From Candidatus Woesearchaeota archaeon (lineage in GTDB: Archaea > Nanobdellota > Nanobdellia > Pacearchaeales > UBA284), in NCBI GenBank assembly GCA_964396475.1, contig CAYNFE010000001.1, positions 69,474 through 133,473 of the forward strand: 64,000 nt of DNA. The letters are read 5' to 3'. The first letter of the stretch is position 1. Each line of letters starts with the position of its first letter. Positions 25,261 to 34,853 of this stretch are shown here, in pieces. Below the pieces are notes generated by a model that was given only the letters and a program-made list of their open reading frames with translations, made no database searches and was not told where the DNA came from. A program made the translations under genes and the position numbers.

Positions 25261-27012
25261 AATTTTTATTATAACCCATAATGCGAATATCACTACAATA
25301 ATTAGTGGAACGAGCCACCAATTATCATTGATAAAGTATAGTGCATTATCAAGGAATGCTAATCCTGTTAAGCTTGGTAGATAATTTGTAGCTAATCCAA
25401 ACTTACTGAAATGACTTATTTTAGCAGAAACTTCATGAACACTTTTATCATCAATGCTGCTTAATGTTACCCATTTTCCTAACTGTTCATCATACATTAT
25501 AATGAAAAGTCTGCCTTTGGCTTCGTCTTCATGATATCTTATTCTTACTTCAGCATCTGGTTCAAATGCAACTCCTGAAGGTAAGAAATCATATCCTCTA
25601 ACTAGCATCATATTTGCTGGCAACGTAGGCATCATTCCAGCAGCCCTTATACTGATTATTTGTTGAGGATTCTTTAGTAGACCATCTTCTAATCTTATTT
25701 CTGAACAATCTGGAATAACAACAAAGGCCATTCCATCATTGCTTTCTATTGTTAATATCCCTTCACAAGTAATAGGTCCTTCTTCTTCCTCTTCTTCTTG
25801 ACCTGGAGCACTCTTACAATCTTCAGGACAATTATAATAAGTTTCTCCCCATTCACAAATTCCATTACCACAAACTGGAGCAGGAGCTGAACCACCACCT
25901 CCACCTCCTCCTCCGCCACCTCCGCCAGAGGATCCAGTAATTGTCATTTGTAAATTATCTTCATTATTATCCCAATTAATACACTCATTATCAGAATCAA
26001 CTACAGCTCTCATTGTGTAGGTTCCGTCTCCAGCTGCAGACCATGTATCTGATACATTAACTGTTGAGCCAGCACCAACATCACCAACATTAATTGTTCT
26101 TATCAAGAGATTTCCACGATAGAGTGTTACAACAACATTTGAAGCATTAATTGTAGTATTCCTATTAACATTTGTGAAAGTAACATTAAAAGTTACTATA
26201 GTTCCATCTTTCACACTATTATCTGAAACAGTGAATGTGTCTATTCCAAGATCTGAACCAAAAATATTAATATTTGCATTAGTATGGCTAGGCTGATAAT
26301 TGAAACCAGCACTATCTTTGTAATTAGCTATTGTCTCCAAAATCTGCACACCACAATAATCAGTATTAATATTAACAGATCTTGTCTGTGTGTTTCCAGA
26401 TAAGATAGTTGTATAGAAGAAATTATCTACCACACCTTCAGCTGTTAGAGTTGTTTGACCATCAACATCATAAGCATCTCCTGTTCCAGTATTACTTATC
26501 CATAGATCTATCAAGCTGTTTTGTTTAGCAATTAAGTTAGCTGGGAGTAATGGATAAGCAAGCAAGATATTTGGAGGTAAGACAGTTGATTGTATTGTGA
26601 TATTTCTTGTAACACTACAGTTGGCTTCATATTCTACAATAATTTGGATAGTATAATTTCCTGGGCTAGTTGAGTTCATAAGCCAAGTGTAATAACCTCC
26701 ACCCAAACCATCATCAATTAAAGTGGCAGGATTGCTTCCTGAAACTATGACTATGCCGGCTGGAGTCCAGTTAAGCCAAACCGGTTGTCCTGCTCCGCCA
26801 AATAAATCATAATATGTTAGATTAAAATTCTGACCTACTTGCAAATCACTTGGTGAGTAAGTTATTATTTTTGTTGTTCCACTACCAGAACATTCTGCTG
26901 CCTGACCAAAAGTTGTCATGATTGTTATAATTACAGCCATCAAAAATGCAATTGTTATGAGTTTTATCTTGACTTTCTTCTCCATTTTATATTTTCTTTT
27001 CTTTTCTTTCAT
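25249..27012 (-). CDS. C-terminally anchored surface protein with CARDB-like domain and Gly12 linker
   Basis: 587 aa. Contains an N-terminal signal/TM and a CARDB-like segment (TFNVTFTNVNRN...VNVSDTWSAAGDGTYTMRAVVDSDNECINWDNNEDN). A 12-Gly run, VCGNGICEWGETYYNCPEDC, a C-terminal TM and KILRK follow. Confidence 0.75.
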   Translation of the reverse strand: MKEKKRKYKMEKKVKIKLITIAFLMAVIITIMTTFGQAAECSGSGTTKIITYSPSDLQVGQNFNLTYYDLFGGAGQPVWLNWTPAGIVIVSGSNPATLIDDGLGGGYYTWLMNSTSPGNYTIQIIVEYEANCSVTRNITIQSTVLPPNILLAYPLLPANLIAKQNSLIDLWISNTGTGDAYDVDGQTTLTAEGVVDNFFYTTILSGNTQTRSVNINTDYCGVQILETIANYKDSAGFNYQPSHTNANINIFGSDLGIDTFTVSDNSVKDGTIVTFNVTFTNVNRNTTINASNVVVTLYRGNLLIRTINVGDVGAGSTVNVSDTWSAAGDGTYTMRAVVDSDNECINWDNNEDNLQMTITGSSGGGGGGGGGGGGSAPAPVCGNGICEWGETYYNCPEDCKSAPGQEEEEEEGPITCEGILTIESNDGMAFVVIPDCSEIRLEDGLLKNPQQIISIRAAGMMPTLPANMMLVRGYDFLPSGVAFEPDAEVRIRYHEDEAKGRLFIIMYDEQLGKWVTLSSIDDKSVHEVSAKISHFSKFGLATNYLPSLTGLAFLDNALYFINDNWWLVPLIIVVIFALWVIIKILRK

Positions 27013-27013
27013 T

Positions 27014-30000
27014 TTATGTGATTGTTATTTGTGTATTATTACTAAATTCATGGTTTCCAGCCCAGCTTGTTAAAGTCTTAAGTCCAGTTGTTGTTGATGT
27101 AACATTCCAGTTTGCTATTTTGAACTGGCTAGGAGCAAGGTCATACCACTGAATAGCTGGCCATGTTGGCAAGATAGTTAATCCAGAGCTGACTTCTAAT
27201 TCAACTCTTAAGTCATAAAATGATTGGGTAGCCCATAAATTCTGTATAACACTTCTTACAAGGAATTGCTGTCCAAGAGGATAGCTTGACTGGTTTGTTG
27301 TTGGCCTGAAAATTGAACAATCAATAGCATCACAGACTTTCCATACTCTTACATCTTGGCTTAGTTCATTATTAGCTAGATTAGTTTCACCAGGAACAGG
27401 TAAGCTTTTAACTTTAACAGTTCTCCAGTTATCATTATTAGCATTCCACAATAAAGTAACTTCTTGTGTCTGACCAATATCTAAGTTGATAAGCTGCCAG
27501 TCTACAGGAACTGAATTGTCCTCTAATGTGACATTAATATTAGTTTCATTTTGATTTCCAACATTACTTACATTAGCTTTTACATAAACTACATCATAAA
27601 GCCATGCAGTTGAACTTGAAACAGATTTATTAGTTCCATTAACTTCCTTGATTAGCTCGATTGAATCAACACTTATATCATGTATAGCTTCTAAGACAGT
27701 AATAAAGTGTGTTGCGCTTCCTTCTGAATAATTCTCATTACCTGCATAATAAGCTGTGATATTATAATATCCAGGATTATTATACACTGAAATATCTGTA
27801 AGAGGACTAGCTCCAAAAGCAAATTGTGTTCCGTTTCTCAATAAACTTAAATCACCAGTTGTTGGAATATTAAGTATACCAGTATGATTAACACTCTCTC
27901 CTTCTGTAATTATTATGTCACTATTTAAACTATTCAAATATAATGTAACAGATGAATTTGCTTTGTTAATTGTTAGGAAATATGTTACTGAAGCTGAACT
28001 ATGATTCTCATCCCCGTTTGAAACAGCAGTATAACTATAATATCCAGCTGCAAGAGTGGCTATTTCAGATTGAGGAGATGTTCCATTAGCGACCATTGTT
28101 CCATTTCTATACAATGTTATATAGCCATAAGGTGTTGTTCCAGTTGCATTGCTAATTGTTCCATAATCAATTGTCAAATTATTCTCAATACCATTCAGAT
28201 AAAGATGAACTTCTCCTGGAAATAAGGCACTTACAATTAATATATTATTAACAGAAGCTGCTGTCCAATTCTGGCTTCCAGTTGTATTACAAACATATCC
28301 ATAAGCCCCTTCTGGAAGTGTAGCAGTTTCATAAATCAAAGTGTAGCCGCTTGCTACTAAAGTATCATTTCTATATAAGTTAATCAAAACTTCATTATTA
28401 TTTGCTTGGCAAGTTATGTTAGTTTCTGTTCCTACTGTAACATTCCATCCAGGCTGAGCACTTAAATTAAGTACTGTTGTTCCTTGAGTAACATTCAACC
28501 ATCTTGTCAGACTTTGTTCAGTATAATTTTGTGAAGCAGGATAATAATATGTATAATTATATAATCCAACACCTAGCTGTGCTATCTCAGTTGCAGGACT
28601 TCCACTTGCTACTATCTGAGAATCTCTGTAAAGTAATGCATTGCTAGCTCCTTGACTGATGTCTAACCAACCAGTTGCATTTGTAGTTGAATTAAAAAGA
28701 ACACTCAAATCATTTTCTTGTCCATTTAGGGCTAGATATATAGTATGATTATCTTGCATTATTATATAAGTTAATAGAGAAGTTGAGTTCCATTGGTTAA
28801 TTGTATCATTTGCATACCATCTATAATTATATGTTCCTACAGCTAAATCAGAAAAAACAAAACTACAGTTTGTATCTAATGAAGGCAATCCAGGATTACA
28901 TACAGGAGTATAATTTGTTCCATCAAATTCAAATATTACAGTATCAACACCAAAATCATCTAGCCATTCTATACTGAAATCATAAGGACCTGAACCATAA
29001 ACAACAGGACTTATAGGATTGACTTGTTCATTCAACCACCAAGGAGGTAAGTCTACTAGAGAAATAATATTTATTGTTCTATTTCTTTCATTATCACTAG
29101 GATTTTCATCAACAAAACCTATAATTGTTGCATTTAAAGTGATATTATATGTTCCAAGTTCATATCCTGTTGTATCCCAATCATATGTTGGATAAGTAAA
29201 AACATTAATTACAGATTGTGTTGTATATAATACTATTTTATGAGTTGAATTGACTAGATAGTAGGTCATATTAACTGTCTCTGGCTGTGTTCCATAATTA
29301 TTCACTCTTGCTTTTAATTCATATGTTAATCCTTGTGTTAAATTTGCTGGATCATCTAGTATTGCTGTACCATTATAACTTATTCTTATTCCATTAACAG
29401 TATTAGTATAATTATTATCTATTCCAACATCATGTATAATCACACTTGTATTAACAATAAAAGTCCAATTCTCAACTGCGAAAGCACTATTGAAAGCATC
29501 ATCTATACATTCAACATTCCATAGATAAACTCCATTTGATAAGTTATTATAGTTCCAATTTCCATTTGTGGCATTAGCTGTCTGTTGGCTTCCATCTACT
29601 TGCCATGCTCCACTTGTATTACTATAGATATTACAATCTAGAAGTAAGTCCATATTATCTGTTACATTATATATTATAGTAACATTCTCATTAGTTACAG
29701 AGTTATTAGGTGGGAATATCAGATTTACAACAGGAGGCTCTATATCTGGAATTGTTGTATTAATAGTGAATGTCCAATTTTCTATAGCAAAAGCACTATT
29801 GAAAGAATCATCAATACACTCAACATTCCAAGTATATGTTCCATCAGGAAGATTTAGATAATCATAAGTATCTGTTGTTGCATTAGCTGTCTGTTGGCTT
29901 CCATCAATCTGCCAACTTCCACTTGCATCACTATAAATATTACAGTCTAATAATAAATCCATATTATCTGTTACATTATATATTACAGTTACATTCTCTA

Positions 30001-33000
30001 TAGGAATTACAGATCCATTTAATGGTGAAACAAGATTTACAACTGGAGGTTCGATATCTCCAGTTATTGTTACAGTTATATTATAAACACTATCAAATGA
30101 ACTACCACCAAATTCACAAGTTGTTGTAACAGTTATGTCTGAAATTCCAACTGCAGCAGCTGTAACATTCCATTGTGTTATAATTGTAGTTCCGCTAGTG
30201 ATATTTCCTAGAACATTAACAGGAGTTGGGGTTGTTAATACAGTATTATTTGAGAAAGTTATTGTTGCATTACAGTTAACAACATCTCCACCAACAGCAG
30301 TGATATTAGCCTCAGTCAAGAAAACATCACTTAAGTTAAATACAGCATTATCATTTGGTTGAGTAATTATTGTTGTCGTATTTCCATAACCAGGGATAAC
30401 TTGTACAACAAACCATGTTGTCTCAGTAGTATTCCAATTATTACTAGTATCATTAGCAAAAATTCTAACACTATAATTTCCAACTTGCATAGTATTTATG
30501 AAGTCGTATAGATATTGGTCTACTGCCATTCCAGGACTCATAGTAAAATTATTCATTGTTAGATCAGGATAAGTAACTTGAGCAAGAACAGTATCTACAG
30601 CAACATTATCTCTTGCAAATGCTGACAATAAAGTATTTTCTGATTGATTTATGAATTGAGGTATTGCATTAACATTCCATACATCTGGAGGAATAATGTC
30701 AGGACCACTAACATTAACAATAAAAGTCCAATTCTCAACTGCGAAAGCACTATTGAAAGAATCATCAGTACACTCAACATTCCATAGATAAACTCCATTT
30801 GATAAGTTAGTATAGTTCCAATTTCCATTTGTTGCATTAGCAGTCTGTTGACTTCCGTCAATCTGCCATGCTCCACTTGTATTACTATAGATATTACAAT
30901 CTAGAAGTAAGTCCATATTATCTGTTACATTATATATTATAGTAACATTCTCATTAGTTACAGAGTTATTAGGTGGGAATATCAGATTTACAACAGGTGA
31001 TTCAGTATCATTAAGTACTGTAACATTAATCCAGTGTGTTTCAAAACTACTTGAATAATTCTGACTACCTGGATAAATAACACTAACATTATGTATTCCT
31101 GTTTGATTGAAACTTGTGATATTAGTTACAGTATAATTATCTACATTAATAAGCTGGGTGTCAAGATAGAGCTGAAGTTCATAAATTCCTTGTCTTGATT
31201 GTATGGCATCTGTATCTTCATTAGGATTAGGCATGCCATCAATCACAGGATACTCTTCTTGATGTGGACTAGGATGTACTGGAATAATTAAATAACCAGT
31301 CATATTAACAATATCATTTACACTAACAGTTATATTGTCATCAATTCCATTAAGTCTTAAGTTTACAAGAGAAAATGCAGGATTAACAATCAATATATTA
31401 TTTATAGATGCGGCACTCCAATTCTGATTTCCGCTCGTATTACAAACATATCCATAAGATCCTACACTAAGTAAGGAAACATCAGGATTATTTACAATCT
31501 GTCCATTTCTATATAAGTTAATTAAAACTTCATTATTATTAGCTGTGCAAGAAACATTTGTTGTTGTTGGATAAGTCACATTCCAGCTTGGTTGTGAGTC
31601 AAGTGTTAATATTGTTGTAGCAGGATCTATAATATATAAAGCAGAAGTGCTAGCTCCACTATAATTCTGTGTTGCTGTGACATTACATATATAATTATAG
31701 CCAGAAGGATTTGCAGCCAATGTAATAGGTAAATTATTTTCATTTGTTACATTAAAACCATCTCTCCATAATTCAGCATTAGCCTCAGGATTTGTACAAG
31801 AACATGAAGCTATGAATGGCTGTTGATCATAAGTAATAGGGCTCTGAGGAACAAAGTTTAATGTACATGAACTATTTGTCTGTCCAACTGTCAACCATCT
31901 TGTCAGACTTTGTTCAGTATAATTTTGTGAAGCAGGATAATAATATGTATAATTATATAATCCAACACCTAGCTGTGCTATCTCAGTTGCAGGACTTCCA
32001 CTTGCTACTATCTGAGAATCTCTGTAAAGTAATGCATTGCTAGCTCCTTGACTGATGTCTAGCCAACCAGTTGCATTTGTAGTTGAATTAAAAGGAACAC
32101 TCAAATCATTCTCTTGTCCATTTAATGCAAGATGTATTGTATGATTATCTTGATTTACAACATATAAACTAGAATTGCTTGCGCCATGATAATTCTGTGT
32201 TTCAGTAACATTACAAGTATAATTAAATATGCCTGCTGGAAGAGGAATTGGAATATTATTGTATTGTGTGATATTTACATCATATATCCAAAGTTCAGCT
32301 TGAGCTTCGGGGTTTGTACAATAACAAGAAGCATTCACATCCACTGGATAAACACTAGGACTTTCTGGATCAAAATTTAAGAAACAACTAGTATTAAGCA
32401 AAACATTGACAACACTAACATTCCATGCTAAAGCATCTTCTCCTCCTTTGTTATCATAAACAATAACATAAACATCATGAAGTCCAGAAGCATTGTAATC
32501 AGGCTGATAATCATAAGAAGAAATTGTTGAAACTTCCTGTCCATCTAAATTCCATGTATAATATAAAGGATCATTGTTAGGGTCAGAAGCCCAAATTTCA
32601 AAATGCAATGTCTGACCTTCATCAACACTTGGAATTAAATCTTGAGGAACATAATCATTAATAACAGGAGGTTGATTAATACCTTCGAACCAAATTGTTA
32701 TTCTATCAGATTCAACAACATGATTTCCTAAATCCTTTGTTTCTGAATAATAAGTATGATTTGCTGGCTGTGTTTCTGTCTTGACCTTAACAAAAGTACA
32801 TGTTGTCTGGCCACCACAATCCTTATATCCCCATTCTTGACCATCTTCATAAATTTTAATCCATCTTATTCCAGCATTTTCAAGATAATCAGTTGCAATA
32901 GCTGTTAATACTGCAGTTGTATTTGTATGTGTTGTATCAGAAAAAAACTGGAGTGTTGGAGGAGGATCAATTCTTCCATCATCAATTCCTACAGGACTGA

Positions 33001-33118
33001 TTCTATTTTCAAATCCTGGTTCAATAACATCAGTAGGGACAACAAAAGAACCAAGCAAGAGAGGTATGAGTATAAAAATTGGAATTAAACTCAAAATTAA
33101 TCTAGCTCTATTATTCAT
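27014..33118 (-). CDS. giant secreted repeat protein (2034 aa), adhesin/S-layer-like
   Basis: Uninterrupted 6.1 kb ORF with an N-terminal signal/TM (LILSLIPIFILIPLLLGSF). Contains a PKD-like segment (YYTWNLDGQEV), CARDB-like segments, internal near-identical repeats and very many N-x-S/T sequons. No C-terminal anchor. Confidence 0.8.
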   Translation of the reverse strand: MNNRARLILSLIPIFILIPLLLGSFVVPTDVIEPGFENRISPVGIDDGRIDPPPTLQFFSDTTHTNTTAVLTAIATDYLENAGIRWIKIYEDGQEWGYKDCGGQTTCTFVKVKTETQPANHTYYSETKDLGNHVVESDRITIWFEGINQPPVINDYVPQDLIPSVDEGQTLHFEIWASDPNNDPLYYTWNLDGQEVSTISSYDYQPDYNASGLHDVYVIVYDNKGGEDALAWNVSVVNVLLNTSCFLNFDPESPSVYPVDVNASCYCTNPEAQAELWIYDVNITQYNNIPIPLPAGIFNYTCNVTETQNYHGASNSSLYVVNQDNHTIHLALNGQENDLSVPFNSTTNATGWLDISQGASNALLYRDSQIVASGSPATEIAQLGVGLYNYTYYYPASQNYTEQSLTRWLTVGQTNSSCTLNFVPQSPITYDQQPFIASCSCTNPEANAELWRDGFNVTNENNLPITLAANPSGYNYICNVTATQNYSGASTSALYIIDPATTILTLDSQPSWNVTYPTTTNVSCTANNNEVLINLYRNGQIVNNPDVSLLSVGSYGYVCNTSGNQNWSAASINNILIVNPAFSLVNLRLNGIDDNITVSVNDIVNMTGYLIIPVHPSPHQEEYPVIDGMPNPNEDTDAIQSRQGIYELQLYLDTQLINVDNYTVTNITSFNQTGIHNVSVIYPGSQNYSSSFETHWINVTVLNDTESPVVNLIFPPNNSVTNENVTIIYNVTDNMDLLLDCNIYSNTSGAWQIDGSQQTANATNGNWNYTNLSNGVYLWNVECTDDSFNSAFAVENWTFIVNVSGPDIIPPDVWNVNAIPQFINQSENTLLSAFARDNVAVDTVLAQVTYPDLTMNNFTMSPGMAVDQYLYDFINTMQVGNYSVRIFANDTSNNWNTTETTWFVVQVIPGYGNTTTIITQPNDNAVFNLSDVFLTEANITAVGGDVVNCNATITFSNNTVLTTPTPVNVLGNITSGTTIITQWNVTAAAVGISDITVTTTCEFGGSSFDSVYNITVTITGDIEPPVVNLVSPLNGSVIPIENVTVIYNVTDNMDLLLDCNIYSDASGSWQIDGSQQTANATTDTYDYLNLPDGTYTWNVECIDDSFNSAFAIENWTFTINTTIPDIEPPVVNLIFPPNNSVTNENVTIIYNVTDNMDLLLDCNIYSNTSGAWQVDGSQQTANATNGNWNYNNLSNGVYLWNVECIDDAFNSAFAVENWTFIVNTSVIIHDVGIDNNYTNTVNGIRISYNGTAILDDPANLTQGLTYELKARVNNYGTQPETVNMTYYLVNSTHKIVLYTTQSVINVFTYPTYDWDTTGYELGTYNITLNATIIGFVDENPSDNERNRTINIISLVDLPPWWLNEQVNPISPVVYGSGPYDFSIEWLDDFGVDTVIFEFDGTNYTPVCNPGLPSLDTNCSFVFSDLAVGTYNYRWYANDTINQWNSTSLLTYIIMQDNHTIYLALNGQENDLSVLFNSTTNATGWLDISQGASNALLYRDSQIVASGSPATEIAQLGVGLYNYTYYYPASQNYTEQSLTRWLNVTQGTTVLNLSAQPGWNVTVGTETNITCQANNNEVLINLYRNDTLVASGYTLIYETATLPEGAYGYVCNTTGSQNWTAASVNNILIVSALFPGEVHLYLNGIENNLTIDYGTISNATGTTPYGYITLYRNGTMVANGTSPQSEIATLAAGYYSYTAVSNGDENHSSASVTYFLTINKANSSVTLYLNSLNSDIIITEGESVNHTGILNIPTTGDLSLLRNGTQFAFGASPLTDISVYNNPGYYNITAYYAGNENYSEGSATHFITVLEAIHDISVDSIELIKEVNGTNKSVSSSTAWLYDVVYVKANVSNVGNQNETNINVTLEDNSVPVDWQLINLDIGQTQEVTLLWNANNDNWRTVKVKSLPVPGETNLANNELSQDVRVWKVCDAIDCSIFRPTTNQSSYPLGQQFLVRSVIQNLWATQSFYDLRVELEVSSGLTILPTWPAIQWYDLAPSQFKIANWNVTSTTTGLKTLTSWAGNHEFSNNTQITIT
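28496..28756. repeat. intragenic repeat A, copy 2 (261 nt, near-identical to 31892-32152)
   Basis: Direct comparison: constant 3396-nt offset with only a handful of substitutions. Encodes ...NGQENDLSV.FNSTTNATGWLDISQGASNALLYRDSQIVASGSPATEIAQLGVGLYNYTYYYPASQNYTEQSLTRWL. Confidence 0.9.
29451..30047. repeat. intragenic repeat B, tandem copies 1 and 2 (~290 nt each)
   Basis: Encodes the ~100 aa module PPVVNL..P.N.SV...NVT.IYNVTDNMDLLLDCNIYS..SG.WQ.DGSQQTANAT...Y.NL..G.Y.WNVEC.DD.FNSAFA.ENWTF. Copy 1 (29451-29734) is near-identical to 30714-30997. Copy 2 is more divergent. Confidence 0.9.
30714..30997. repeat. intragenic repeat B, copy 3
   Basis: 284 nt, near-identical to 29451-29734 at a constant 1263-nt offset. 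Confidence 0.9.
31892..32152. repeat. intragenic repeat A, copy 1
   Basis: See 28496-28756. Confidence 0.9.
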
Positions 33119-33126
33119 TTTTTAAT

Positions 33127-34716
33127 TTATTTCTTTTTAGCTGGTATATAGTGAAGTTCTAAACCACCACCATTTCCATCTTCATTAGTTTTAAAATAAG
33201 CACCAAAACTAATATCATCATAAACTAAAGATCCTGAAAATTTGTGGCTTTTTTTAAAGGAATTATAATTATGCTCTAACCATGTTGCCCAATTCATATT
33301 ACTATAACCCATTTTTGTCTTAAAGTTCCATTGACTAGGTTCATCATAAGTTTTTTCCATGTCAAATTCTGCAAATGGTCCCCAAAATTTTCTAGTAAAG
33401 TCAATATTATTATATTTATGTAATATTTTTTTGTAAACATCATTAATAGATACATTTCTGTCAATATCTCTTCTTTTTAATAAATAATCATTAACAATTC
33501 CTTTTTCTGCTATATTTTTTGGAAGGATATTTACGGCAAAAATCAAACCACCCCCAATAGACCTATCACCAACACCAAATCTTAATGAATTATCTACATT
33601 TTTTATTTTAGAATTTAGTGTTTGTTCAAGATACCAAGGAGATTCTCCATTAGACTTAAAAAAACACCTATCAAAATCTACTCTATAATCTAGGCTCTTA
33701 TCTTTCTTCCCTACTTCAGCCAATAAATTCAAATAATCAGTATTAATCTGGGTTCTGTCTGTAATTAATGAACTTTTATTTCCTATTTCATGGCTTGATA
33801 TAGGGATAGTATCAATATAAGTCTGATTTCCATTTATTCTTACAATTGTTTGTCCATTTATATCTGTGATAATATTAGTATTATTTCTTATTTCATTATC
33901 AATTGTATGATTTTCTAAAACAGTTCCCAAGCCAAATTTTAAATTAGGTTGTGGTTTGATTAGATATTCAAATCTTCCAGAATTTTTGTTGTCTTTATTT
34001 TGTATCCTTGTTCTAGAATCAGTTAAAACATTAATATCAAGATCTGTTTTTGTTATAATTTCTATTCCTTGGTTCTCTCTTGTAGAATCACCATAAACTT
34101 CATGATATCTATTTGTAGTATTATCTTCTGTGACTATTGTACTGTTATTATTTCCTATTTGGAATGTAAATTTACCTAGTCTTAAATCAAGTCCTTTAGA
34201 ATTTCCTTTATCATCTATATCTTGGTTTGATAAATCTTGTTCATCAATAATCTGAGAGTATGCTCCATTTTGGATTAATCCATTTTCTGTTTTTGAGCTA
34301 GATGTTGAATCACTTTGTTGAGATGATATTCTTCTCATATCAATATTTCCAAATAAACCCACCTTTCCATTATAATCTACTCCACCCAAAACACCTAAAC
34401 AAGCAGTTTCTCCATCTTTTTTTGTTTTTACATGCATATAAGGAACAGCCATAAATTCTATATTACTAAGTTTTACCCTAGTTCGAAGATTTCCATTAAA
34501 ACCAAAGAGATCATCTTTTCCAAAATAAGTCTCTCCTGAAAAAGAATAATCAACAATTTCTTTTTTAACCCCTAATGTATCTATCTTTGCACTATCTTCC
34601 TCTAAAACTATCACATCTAAAAAATTATCATTGGACTCTTTTGGTTTTTGTTCTTTATCAGCTGGAGAAGTTCCCATTAGAAACGATAAAATTATGCTTG
34701 ATAATGTACTCATCAT
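33127..34716 (-). CDS. secreted beta-rich protein of unknown function (porin-like sequence texture)
   Basis: 529 aa, first gene of the 34716->25249 operon. Weak N-terminal hydrophobic segment and N/D/S/T/G-rich sequence. Many short alternating hydrophobic/polar stretches are flanked by Gly (ACLGVLGGVDYNGKVGLFGNIDM, LDLRLGKFTFQIG, SIGGGLIFAVNI, ISFGAYFKTNEDGNGGGLELHY). Confidence 0.6.
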   Translation of the reverse strand: MMSTLSSIILSFLMGTSPADKEQKPKESNDNFLDVIVLEEDSAKIDTLGVKKEIVDYSFSGETYFGKDDLFGFNGNLRTRVKLSNIEFMAVPYMHVKTKKDGETACLGVLGGVDYNGKVGLFGNIDMRRISSQQSDSTSSSKTENGLIQNGAYSQIIDEQDLSNQDIDDKGNSKGLDLRLGKFTFQIGNNNSTIVTEDNTTNRYHEVYGDSTRENQGIEIITKTDLDINVLTDSRTRIQNKDNKNSGRFEYLIKPQPNLKFGLGTVLENHTIDNEIRNNTNIITDINGQTIVRINGNQTYIDTIPISSHEIGNKSSLITDRTQINTDYLNLLAEVGKKDKSLDYRVDFDRCFFKSNGESPWYLEQTLNSKIKNVDNSLRFGVGDRSIGGGLIFAVNILPKNIAEKGIVNDYLLKRRDIDRNVSINDVYKKILHKYNNIDFTRKFWGPFAEFDMEKTYDEPSQWNFKTKMGYSNMNWATWLEHNYNSFKKSHKFSGSLVYDDISFGAYFKTNEDGNGGGLELHYIPAKKK

Positions 34717-34853
34717 TTTCCCTTTAGCCTTTAGTTCTCAACGAACTTATTCTATTTATTTTTTTTCTTTTTTAAATCTTTCGCCTTTCTAAACTAAAAA
34801 GTAGTGACAAGAAGGTAGTAAAAAATATATAATATTTTTCTTTATCTTTTAGA

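Noticed and set aside
28496-32152. Possibility that the near-identical repeats in the giant gene are a diversity-generating-retroelement TR/VR pair
   Set aside because: The few mismatches I can see are ordinary transitions on both strands rather than adenine-specific substitutions. Both copies are in-frame coding parts of the same ORF, and no reverse transcriptase gene is present in the window.
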